Assembly (NCBI RefSeq): GCF_006345805.1
Contig: NC_043009.1
Span: 68,138,001-68,202,000, forward strand
Direction: 5' to 3'
Source: Octopus sinensis
Taxonomy: Eukaryota
DNA: 64,000 nt
Shown: one piece after another, positions 27,530 through 38,460 of the stretch
Numbering within the stretch: the first letter of the stretch is position 1
Layout: the number at the start of each line of letters is the position of its first letter
Notes under the pieces: generated by a model
The model's database searches: none
What the model saw: only the letters and a program-made list of their open reading frames with translations
Told to the model about the DNA's origin: nothing
Translations under genes and position numbers: made by a program

Positions 27530-27540
<11 letters not shown>
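27370..27540. repeat. Fold-back palindrome, perfect 60-bp arms (27381-27440/27447-27506), with a 23-bp tandem duplication in the right arm
   Basis: Arms checked base by base; flanked by (TA)n. Confidence 0.95.
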
Positions 27541-27584
<44 letters not shown>

Positions 27585-27754
27585 TGTATATATTTATATA
27601 TGTTCAGATATGTATATGCCTTTGTATGTGTGTATACATACACACACATACACATTATGTGACTCAGATGCAAACGCAGCTATCAACAACACTTCATATT
27701 ATACGGGAAAAATTCTTGCACACGAAAAAGTGGAGAAATTCACCAATGAGTATC

Positions 27755-28020
27755 ATAGGCGCAGTGATGACTGTGTGGTTAACGCGATCGCTTTGGAACT
27801 ACGGGACTTCGGGTGAAACGCAATTAACGCGTCACCTTAACCAAGAGTTTTCTGCTATAGCTCCGGGCTGAGCATTCCATCCTTTTCAACTGTGAATGAA
27901 TTTGGTAAGTGAAAAATGTACGAAAGCCCGTCGTGTATGAATGTATGTGTGTGTTTGTCTCAGTACACCGCCTGATAACCGCTGTGGCCTTGTTTATGTC
28001 CCCACAAATTGGCGTTTCTT
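27755..28020 (+). mobile_element. Diverged SINE-B
   Basis: aggcgcagtgatgactgtgtggttaa...gaaagcccgtcgtgtatg...ttgtttatgtcccc. Confidence 0.55.
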
Positions 28021-28891
28021 TATAAGAGATTGATACAATATGTAGCGTGTATATATATATAGGGAGAGTTCACGAAAAAAAACCAAAAGACGAGGCCAGG
28101 TGGTGTACAAAACATACAGATATATTAGTATAACGCTCAGGAATAGAAAAAGTCTTTTACTTTTCGAGCCTACGCTCTTCTACAGAAAGGAACACAGAAA
28201 AAACAAGGAGAGAAACAATCGGAGTAAAAGGACACGAAAAAAAAAGCAACAACGCGGGGGAGTGGTACATGCAAAATATTAATAAGACGCTCGGAGAAGG
28301 AAAGAAAGAGTGGTTGCTTTTACGCTTCGAGCAAAGCTCTTCTTCAGAAACAGGAGATATAAAAATGTCCAAAAGAAAAGAAAGATACGTACATACACAC
28401 ATAATACATATAGGAAGGGACTTGGAAGACAAGAGTGCATTCTTTATAGAGTGGAAAGGAAGAATGCTCCTGGCATGATGTTCTTTAGCGCCAGCATACA
28501 TTCTTTCATTGTCGTCTTTTTATATTTGAGATGACATTGAGTAAAAATATGGGATTTGAAGTAGTTTCGCTGCCAATTCTTGTAAATCGAGCTATTTCGA
28601 AACGACGATTTTGATAATGGTGATGATGATGATGGCGATCATGATATTGGAGAATCAGGTGATGATTAATGTATTTCAAATCTGTGAGTGAGAATTACGT
28701 TAAGGGATACAGGGTTTAATGTTCTGTTGAACCGATTAAGTTTCTTCTTTAGATGCGTAAAATAGAGACAATGATATGTTATAAGAGTTATGACAGACAG
28801 GTTGCCCGCGAGTGATACTGGCAACGTGTAATGCAATAAAGTCTGCTTCACGGTTAGGTTGATGGTAATTCTATCTGCACTGCTATAATTT

Positions 28892-28944
<53 letters not shown>

Positions 28945-28989
28945 ATGTGTATGTGTGTGAGTGCGCGCGTGTGTGCATACATAATTCAT

Positions 28990-29008
28990 GTCTATCTATC
29001 CTTCTGTC

Positions 29009-29057
<49 letters not shown>

Positions 29058-29202
29058 GTCAGTCTATCTATCAATCTGTCAGTCTATCTATCAGTCTGTC
29101 AGTCTATCTATCTATTGTCAGTCTATCTATCTATCTATCTATCCTCTGTCTATCTATCTATCTATCTATCTATATCTATCTATCTATCAATCTATCTATC
29201 CT

Positions 29203-29285
<83 letters not shown>

Positions 29286-29313
29286 GTCAGTCTATCTGTA
29301 TATCTATCTATCT
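28990..29313. repeat. (TCTA)n microsatellite
   Basis: Direct inspection. Confidence 0.95.
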
Positions 29314-29314
29314 A

Positions 29315-29698
29315 CCGAGAATCGGATTCCTCACGACCACAGTGCACCCTGTCACCGGACTCCCCTCACTTGTGCAGTTTTCACCAAACACAACACGGTA
29401 CAGCTTCCGCAACCGCTCTATTTGCTTCATTTAGCACATGCGAACTTCCATCTCTTCTCCAAGATGAAAATGCAGCTCAAAGGTCGCCGTTTTAATGCCG
29501 CTGTCGAGATCCAGAGCGAATCGCAGAGGGTCCTTACCTTACTTACAGAAAACGGTTTCCCCGGATTCCCCAAAATGGCAGGAAAGCTGGGACCGCTGTT
29601 TTGTTGTGCAAAGGTTACTATTTCGAAGGAGTTGATGTTAAATATGTCATATTTTATTGAACATAACTAGCCCCGGAACTTCTCGATAACATCTCCTA
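29315..29698 (+). mobile_element. Mariner-like transposase C-terminus with probable right TIR (pseudogene)
   Basis: HDHSAPCH...[45 protein letters not shown] matches the HDNAP..H / YSPDLAP.DF region. Frameshifted [14 protein letters not shown] follows, ending ccccggaacttctcgataacatctcc-ta. Confidence 0.8.
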
Positions 29699-30736
29699 TA
29701 ATTACATACATACATACTACTACATACATACATACTACATACATACATACATACATAATATATATATATATTAATATATATATATATATATATAATGTGT
29801 ATGTATATATATATATATATATAGATATATGGTGTGTGTATGTATACTATATATGATATTGTGTATACATATATATTATAAAGGTATACATATTCTATAT
29901 GTATATATATATATATTATATACATATATATATTATATGTGTATATCATATATGTAAATATATATTATATATGCATATATATATTATATATATATATATA
30001 TTACTTATGCACACACACACACATATATCTATATATGTATATTTCTCGGTTAGTTGTTCATAAGTCTGAACAAAAGCGTATTCTAAAAGGTTATTTTGAG
30101 CTGTAGTATTTTATGTAGTTGGATATGGCTGGAGAGAAAGTCACAACTGGCTCAACGTCTATTATTGCTCTTGGCCACAAAGGCCACACACAGGACCTTC
30201 TAGCGGGAGGCACATAAATTCTATCCAAGCAGATGTAAGAATACAGCTTGAGACAAAGAAGTTGGGAACAAAAAAGAAAAAAAAGAAATCCATAACGAAA
30301 TTGTTCGACCCGATAGGGTTTTCGCTTCGGAGAATTTCTCTTTAAGTTTTCTTTTCACAACTACGCTGACCAAGATTGCATTCTGTGTCGCCTCCATTCG
30401 TAAAGATGTTATGTGCTTCCGGGCAGCTGATCTGTTGAGTCGCCCATATATCGATAAGAGAGATAACAGACATGAAATCAATGGTAACTTTTTGACCGGG
30501 CATAAACAACACAAAAGCTTCATATTATATATATATATATATATATACACTCATACATACATAGTATCTTTCAGGTTTTTCTCCATTGTAATTACATTCA
30601 CAACACATAACATTATTCGTTCTTCGGTTTATTACGATTCCATAGACGCCCATATAAAAAAAAACATGGCTGTTTTGCGGCGTTATCCATTTATACAATG
30701 TGACTTACGTAAACGTTTCTATTTCTTCTTTTACAG

Positions 30737-30868
30737 TTGTATACACACCGGATAATGTTGTGTTTGAATGGGATGACGGTTCGGCCGTTACACACAACCG
30801 ACAAATGGAGTTGTCTCAATTCACCATTTATAATATCACATTTGGCGACTGTCATAGAGACTATGAAG
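30737..30868 (+). CDS. Exon B (132 bp): loop B to first loop C cysteine
   Basis: Acceptor ttcttcttttacag|TT and donor GAAG|gttggt; phase 1-1. Encodes FVYTPDNVVFEWDDGSAVTHNRQMELSQFTIYNITFGDCHRDYE, including an N-I-T sequon. Confidence 0.92.
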
Positions 30869-31132
30869 GTTGGTTTTTATATTTCATCTCCCACAAGTAT
30901 TCGGAGGAACACCGACATTTACTCTCACACACGCATGCGTGTGCGCACACACATATATGCATATACGTTATATATATATATGTGTGCGTGTGTGCGTGTG
31001 TTTCTGTGTTTCTGTGTATGTGTGTGTCTATGATTGTATATATATATATATACACACACATGCATATATTTATATATATATATATATATGTACATACGCA
31101 TACGCATGTATATATACGTGTGTGTGTGGTGT

Positions 31133-31177
<45 letters not shown>

Positions 31178-31699
31178 GTGTGTGTGTGTGTGTGTGTCTG
31201 TGGCAACAGCTTTCCTTTCCAAATAGTCTTTAAAAACACAACCGTTTGTCACCGGATATGATTGGTTAATACCACAAACTTCTTTTTCATATTTCATTCT
31301 CATGATTATTTTTTCTTTCCCTTTTTACTAACAACAATATTCTGCTGTCCATATTCTGATTCCAGTCTCTGGAATGTCAGAATGAATTCTAATCTTCTTG
31401 CTTTATTTGGCGTTTTAAATGAATGATAGACGAGTCTTGTGGGATTGTTGCTTTGTGATTTGTCGATTGAAAATTCCAGCGAAAGACTACAGCTACTGAC
31501 GTTTTATAACGTTGGTGCCCGGAGTTAGCTGCGAAATACTTTATGCGAAACCTGAGCATATATCTTCACATTATGATGTGTTATTCTATAATGTATATGA
31601 TATTCTGGAGCGAACCGGTTTAAGTTCTATTAGGCAAATTATGTTTCTTCGATGCTTGCAATAGTAAATCGTTTCTACTATAGGTACACACGGCTACAA

Positions 31700-31878
31700 A
31701 TTGGAAGGGAGGGAACTAAAAGGTTACATCGACCCCAGTGCTCAACTGGTGCTCGAGTCCGAAAGGATAAAATGCAGAGTCGATCTCTACGGAATTTGAA
31801 CTCAGAATGGAAAGCCGAAAGAAATACGACTAGGTATTTTGTCCAGCGTAACAACCATTTGGTCAGCTCGTCACCTTA
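31700..31878 (-). mobile_element. Diverged SINE-A
   Basis: tacatcgaccccagtg...ggaatttgaactcagaa...agctcgtcacctt. Confidence 0.65.
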
Positions 31879-32490
31879 TGTGTGTAACAGATCTTAAGCC
31901 ATTATAATAGATATTATAGGCTTTGTTGTGAGTGATACTGGTTTGATGAAATTCTGTAGAGGCTGTTCTATGGCTGGATGTTTGGTCACTCAAGCAGCAC
32001 AACCATCTTTCTCTCTTTCTCCTTCACTCTCCTTCTCTTCCCCCCACCCTCTCTCTTTCTGTATTGGAATTGATTTAATATAAATGAGCTAAATGCGCAT
32101 AAGTGCTATATCAAGATACACTTGGACACTTAACCAGTAGAAACACTTTCAGGAATGGAATATAAAGAAAATGCTTATATATATAAGCCATTTAAGAAAC
32201 ACACAAAAACCGTTAGATTCACTTCAACATTTAAATTTAATTTGTCAAAATATTTTCGTTGCTTTGAGACCGCAACCTGTTCACTGACAAAACTTCATGC
32301 TGCATATATATTGTTGTGTGTGTGTGTATGTGTGTGTGCGTGTGTGTATGTGTGTATGTATGTATGTATGTATGTACGTATGTATGTATGTATGTATGTA
32401 TGTATGTATGTATGTATGTATGTACGAATGTATGTATGTATGTATGTATGTATGTATGTATGTATGTATGTATGTATGTATATATGTATG

Positions 32491-32670
32491 TATATAATTA
32501 AGAGAAATAACATCTATTAAGTAATTCAATAGTGAAAGTCAATTTAATGTTTATTTAATTTAATGATTTTTTAAATAATATTTATTATAGTATATTTAAA
32601 TTTTTTCTATATGATATAATGCCATTCACTATTGAATTACTTAATAGAGGTTATTTCTCTTAATTATATA
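32491..32670. repeat. Inverted repeat, 46-bp arms (1 mismatch), 88-bp spacer, followed by tail tttttccctgtaaatttgga
   Basis: 32491-32536 pairs with 32625-32670. Confidence 0.9.
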
Positions 32671-32801
32671 TTGTGAATATGCTTTAGAACGCTAATTGAA
32701 TTTTTCCCTGTAAATTTGGAATTATATTCCATACTACACTACTACTACTACTACTACTACTATACTACTACACACTACTATTATTTTATTATTATAATAT
32801 A

Positions 32802-32832
<31 letters not shown>

Positions 32833-32833
32833 C

Positions 32834-32867
<34 letters not shown>

Positions 32868-32989
32868 CCGTGTGTGTGTGTGTACACGCATACACTTATC
32901 AGATTACTTAGTCTCCCCAATGTGTATCCCTTATTCGTCTGTTTTATTTTATCCTTCTGTTTATTTCTCTCTCTCTCTCTCTCTTGCAG

Positions 32990-33378
32990 AAAACAACTTT
33001 ACTTGTATCTCAACCAGTTTCCATCTCCAACGGAAGTATGCCTATTACATGCTGCACGCCTACCTCCCCAGTACATTGATTGTGGTGATATCGTGGTTGT
33101 CGTTCTGGCTACCCACCGAATCCACCGCTGCCAGGATCTCCCTCAGCAGCTTGACAATCCTAACAATGATTACCCAGAGACAGAGCAACAGCGGGGACCT
33201 ACCCCCAGTCTCCTACATCAAGGCCATTGACATATGGACAGTGGCCTGCCTTCTTTTCGTCTTTGCTGCTTTTGTCGAGTACACGTTGGTTTGTTTCTTC
33301 TCTCGACAAGACTGTCACGTCCTTACCATCTCGTTGACGGGAGCCAAAGAATCGATTTTCGCCACTTCATCGAATCAG
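32990..33378 (+). CDS. Exon C (389 bp): loop C, M1, M2, M3 and start of intracellular loop
   Basis: Acceptor (ct)n-tgcag|AA and donor CAG|gtaatg; phase 1-0. Encodes ENNFTCISTSFHLQRKYAYYMLHAYLPSTLIVVISWLSFWLPTESTAARISLSSLTILTMITQRQSNSGDLPPVSYIKAIDIWTVACLLFVFAAFVEYTLVCFFSRQ...FATSSNQ. Confidence 0.95.
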
Positions 33379-33509
33379 GTAATGTTTTTCAGATTTCTAT
33401 TAATTCCATTTTTTGAAAATAAAACAATCCGGTGTGTTTAGTTCAATGGCGTATCAATGCATACAGTGAGTTTCTTTATCCTATTGAAAGAAGAAAGAGT
33501 ATAACAACC

Positions 33510-33566
<57 letters not shown>

Positions 33567-33682
33567 CAAAGACAAAATTGCATGAAAAATTAGCTAGCAG
33601 ATGGGAACAGAAACTTCTGCATGGCAAGTATGTGACCCGTAGCAAACAAGTCGACCAGAAACACACGCACAAATATTTATAT

Positions 33683-33743
<61 letters not shown>

Positions 33744-33744
<1 letters not shown>

Positions 33745-34025
33745 AATATAATATGTGACAATTATTCGGTAGCCATGATAAAACTTCGAGTTTCGAATAC
33801 CAATGTGGAAATCTACGCCGCAATCTCTTCAGTTATCCGGCTATCGTTAAAAAAAGAAGGTTTTAAAAATCGTATGCTGTGTAATTTTCTCCGAGATAGA
33901 AAGATTTTCATAGCATTTTTTCCGATTGCCGGATAACTGAAGAGATGGCGGCGTGGATTTCCACCTCGGCATCCGTAACTCGGAGTTCTATCATGGCTAC
34001 CGAATAATTGTCACATATTACATTT
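33744..34025. repeat. Imperfect fold-back (~100-bp arms), each arm containing a type I hammerhead-shaped motif
   Basis: Paired positions sum to 67769; CTGAAGA...G(A/T)AAC core in both arms. Confidence 0.85.
33777..33837 (-). ncRNA. Putative minimal type I hammerhead ribozyme motif with intact catalytic core
   Basis: Minus strand GATAA-CTGAAGA-[GATTGC..GGTATTC]-GAAA-C-TC-G-AA-GT-T-TTATC: stem I 5 bp, CUGANGA and GAAA cores, GUU cleavage triplet. Stems II and III each have a mismatch. Confidence 0.45.
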
Positions 34026-34091
34026 ACAGATAAATTCTCTATTTACATAATATCGAGGTCTCTTTCTTTTATTGTCTTAGCGTTTTTATCA

Positions 34092-34133
<42 letters not shown>

Positions 34134-34949
34134 TATATTATATATATATATATATTATATATATATATATACATATATATATATGGTATACAAAGGTTAA
34201 GAAAAGTAGGGAGAGGATTATCTAGGGATAATCGATGAACCCCTCTGTGCGAGATATCCCTGAACACTAAGAACAAGTGCCCTCTCCAATTCCTTCTCTC
34301 CGACTCAAAGGTCTATTCTTAGACTCGTGCCATTTTCGCAACATTCAATAAATTCACCCAAGGACAGCGCTTCGTTCCCCATATTCAGTTTCCTTTCCAA
34401 GTTTCACATGAAGAAGTCAATCAGAGCTTTACCGGAGAGGAATGTATTTGCCCTCAGGCCTTTCAGCCTTGTCCACCAAACAAACTCTTTCGCCACAGCC
34501 ATCAGACAAAGGAAAACTGCCTTGCCTGCCGGATTTGAAGTATGATAATGATGATGATAATGATAGAGGTGGTCATGATGAGGATGACGATGATAATGAT
34601 GTTGGTGGTGGTGGGGGGTTGTGGTGATGGTGGTGATGGTGGGGATAAGGATGACGATGATGATGATGGTGGTGATGAGGGTGATGACGATGATAATGAT
34701 GGCGGTGGTAATGGTGATGATAATGAAATGTTTTGGGGTTTCCTTAGGCTGCAAAACAAATTTTTTGATGTTTTTAAGCGGAGGTTATTCAGCGGTGATT
34801 GGCGAATGAACTCTCAAACCTTTTTCTTTTGTTTAAATTTTTGTGTTATGATAAGATTTCAAGTTATGATGGACTTCAGCTAAATTTGGGAATCAGCAAA
34901 TGTTAAAATGTTTTTTTTCCTACCGGCAGAAGGTCGGAAATTTGTAAGA

Positions 34950-35125
34950 ATGGAACTGGTCGATTACATCGACCCCAGTGCACAGCTAGTTACAATTTTA
35001 TCGACCCTGAAAGAATCAAAAGCAAATTCGACCTCGAAGCCATTTGGACTTTGAACGTAAAGATGGACGAAATGCCGTTACTCATTTTGTCCGGCTTGTT
35101 AACAATTTTGTCCTCTCGCCGGCCG
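34950..35125 (-). mobile_element. Diverged SINE-A
   Basis: gattacatcgaccccagtgcacag...aaattcgacctcg...ggacgaaatgccg. Confidence 0.65.
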
Positions 35126-35269
35126 TGGTTGTCTCGAGATTAATCAACCTATTTCTTGCACTCCAATGAATATTTTCGACTTCACTTGATATAGACAATA
35201 AATAAGCACTTTTGTGAGAGAAGGAAGGAGCGCGATATGAAAGTAATGCCAAGAATAATAATAATAATG

Positions 35270-35301
<32 letters not shown>

Positions 35302-35307
35302 TATAAT

Positions 35308-35340
<33 letters not shown>

Positions 35341-36339
35341 CATATTTTATTTATTTATTTTTATTTATTAGACATTCACTAGTACAACAACAACAAAAAA
35401 AGCAAATATATGGCACACTAGGCATAACAACAACGTGAACTTCCAACCTGTTGTCTCTTGAGGTCCCTGGGTGAGACTTGGAGCCAACCTGTACAGATAT
35501 AAAGCAAAATTCAAACATAGAATAATAATAATAATAATAACAATAATAATAATGAAATGGTGGTCACTGAAGTAATTAATCTATTTTGTTGTGACAAATA
35601 ATTACAACTTATAGTTTTGTCACCAGTGTAGCTTGTCTTAATCAATCAAGTAATCGGTTAATGAAGCAAAAATATCCAAGTAGCATTCATTTTGTACGAA
35701 ATAATAACTGGAACATCTCCACTGAATTGAGAGATTAAAGAAGACAATGCAAACGTCGATAATACTGTATAGATTTGGTACATTATGGATCATCGATATT
35801 TTCTCCAGTATGAGCTGAATGTCTTCCCGCTATATCAAATTAGCTCTCGTCTTTTGTAAGAGAAAAAAATCTTCGAAAGAGAAGCGTGTACGATGATATG
35901 AATGCCTCACTGAATAGGCTTGAAACGAAGTATTTCACTCAGTGCAAATGGTATCCAAACTAACAATCTAATGATACCAAATTATATGCTAACCATACGA
36001 TACCATTTGTAAAATTTCTGAAAACTTGACACCATAGAGCTTAGGTTCTCAAAATAGGCGCTACCGTACCCCGGTGGGCGTTGATTCGGTTCAGGTGGGC
36101 ACTGGTTCCTAAGGGGACAGTAAAGGAAAAGGAGGCGTTGGGAGGAAGGCAGTGAATTGGGGGACGCATTCAGTTATGAATGACCATGGGATTGCACTTA
36201 GAAAGTTACCCTCCGAGGCACAAATCCGGGTAAAGTTGTTGACGGAAGACCAGCAGTCGCCCATGTATACCAGCCTCTCTCTCCACACCACCGATGTTTT
36301 CCAAGAGAAAACCAAAGGGGCCGATACAGCTTGGCACCT

Positions 36340-36430
36340 GTGACGTCGCAACTCATTTTTACAGCTGAGTGAACTGGAGCAACGTGAAATAAAGTGTCTT
36401 GCTCAAGAACACAACAGGCAGCCCGGTCAA
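36340..36430 (-). mobile_element. SINE-D fragment
   Basis: ggagcaacgtgaaataaagtgtcttgctcaagaacacaac shared with 50010-50255. Confidence 0.65.
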
Positions 36431-36884
36431 ATGATTCATAATATATGTAAATTGGTAAAATATAAAATATTTATTTATACATAAGAATAAGGGTGGGGGC
36501 GCTGGGGGTATTATGTGGCCATGGGTTTGGGACACAAAATGTTTGAGAGTAAACAGTTTAGAGTAAAAGTTTAGAGTAAACGGCGACTCTGTAACAAAGT
36601 GCCATCAAAATATCTTTCACCAAACTTCTATGGGAAAAAAAGTTATATAATGTTAAGGAAACGAAGCAGGTTATTTTCTCTTTGTTTTGTTTTGTTTATT
36701 TTGAGAAGTTTTACTTTAAGAACGATTCTTCCAATGCAAAGCGACACATCGGTAGGAAAAGGGAAAAATCAGATGGATCGATTGCAAGAAACGGATTGCG
36801 GTTGCTTTATGCTTCATACAATAATAAATACATACATGTATGTATGTGTATACATACACACACACATACACACACATATATATG

Positions 36885-36962
<78 letters not shown>

Positions 36963-36982
36963 TGTGTGTTTGTGTGTGTGTG

Positions 36983-37285
36983 TGGAGGCGCAATGGCCCA
37001 GTGGTTAGGGCAGTGGACTCGCGGTCGTGCGATCGCGGTTTCGATTCCCAGACCGGGAGTTGTGAGTGTTTATTGAGCGAAAACACCTAAAGCTCCACGA
37101 GGCTCCGGCAGGGAGTGGTGGCGGTCCCTGCTGTACTCTTTCGCCACAACTTTCTCTCGCTCTTTCTTCTGTTGGCCTGCTCGCTTAGCAACCGGGGAGG
37201 CGTCATTTGAAGGCTAAAACAATGCGAAGCGCATTGTGACCAGCGATGTGTAGCAGCATCTGATGGCCTGGTCGGTCACCTTGTA
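36983..37285 (+). mobile_element. SINE-C
   Basis: ggaggcgcaatggcccagtggttagggcagtggactcgcggtcg...ggtttcgattcccagaccggg. Confidence 0.85.
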
Positions 37286-37344
37286 TATATATATATATAT
37301 ACGTATGATATATATATAGTCTTCTGGTTTTTTCTTCTCATGCT

Positions 37345-37510
37345 ACATGTTTTCCACCTTTACGTTCTGAGTTTAGATTCCACCGAGGTCGACTCTTTCT
37401 TTCTTCATTTCAGGGTCAATGGAAAAAAAACCCAGTTGAACACCGGGGGCGATTCAAATGACAAGGCCCTTTCACGAAAATTTCAAGCCTTGTGCCAAAT
37501 GCAGAAAGCA
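37345..37510 (+). mobile_element. 5'-truncated SINE-A
   Basis: acgttctgagtttagattccaccgaggtcgact core. Confidence 0.6.
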
Positions 37511-37894
37511 ATATTATGATGATCTTTCTAAGTGTTTTACACAAATTCGAAACTGCATCCGCTGCATTCCGTACTAGGGTCTTTTTGAAAATGTACACTT
37601 CTGCTTGTAAAGTACACCTGTGCTGATTTTGTCACTTTCGTAGAATCTCTGCGTTGCCAGTTGTGTTATTTCGCTGAGTTATGCCTGTCTGTTGAGCCGC
37701 GTGGTTAGTGTTGTGTCTTTCAGTATTGGAGAGCCATTATATAGAGCAGTCACGAGCAAACAGTGGCCCGCAGAATTGGAACAAGAAATTGCTTTGAAAT
37801 TTGTTTGGTAGTGCGGCCCACCTGATGGCGATTCGCTTCTCGAAAATATGTTGTACAAATCTGATGTCGAGCATGTTCCATGTGAATTGCATTA

Positions 37895-38040
37895 TAAAGG
37901 GTGTTCAAAAAGTCTCTCCGCAGTGAATTTTTTTCATCCTGACTCTCCAAGATGTATTTCAAAACATGTTTAGAAGAGTCAACTCATGAATTGAAAATGA
38001 AGGTCGACACTTTCAACACCTCTTATCAAGTTTCTTTAAA
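37895..38040. mobile_element. Possible Tc1/mariner terminal remnant
   Basis: ta-aagggtgttcaaaaagtctctccgcagtg resembles mariner-type TIRs; no partner TIR found. Confidence 0.35.
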
Positions 38041-38254
38041 GTCTCGTAAAGTCTAATATATTCTTTTGTAGTCTTATAAATATTTAATTTGCAATAAAAA
38101 TACGCTTTGAACACCCGGTATTAGCGGATGGTAAGCATCGTTAATTTATGGCATAAAAGACGCACAGGCATGTTAACCAAACATTGTTTTCAGCAGCACA
38201 TAATCAAGGAAAATAGATTTTAGTTGAATGAGGTACTAAATGTTTAAAGCAATG

Positions 38255-38460
38255 TGGTGACGAGTTCGCACGCCGGGCGACATGTTTGGAGAAATTTCGT
38301 CCATTTTTATGTTCTCGGTTCAAATCCCATAAGGTCGAATTTACCTTTCATCATTTCGGGGCCGATAGAAATAGTACCAGTTGAGCACTGGTGTTGATGT
38401 AAATGATTTAGCCCCTTTCCCTACACTGCTAGATTTGTATCAAATTTTGAACCCAAAATT
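38255..38460 (+). mobile_element. Diverged SINE-A
   Basis: gcacgccgggcga...ggttcaaatccc..aggtcgaatttacctttcatcatttcgggg. Confidence 0.6.

Noticed and set aside
32990-33378. Possible cephalopod chemotactile receptor
   Set aside because: Those derive from cation-selective nAChR-like subunits. This gene has the GlyR/GluCl second loop C disulfide and an anion-type M2.
36983-37060. tRNA-like sequences (also 8680-8760, 50170-50250, 53720-53799)
   Set aside because: They continue into SINE bodies and lack a complete acceptor stem or cloverleaf; these are SINE heads, not tRNA genes.
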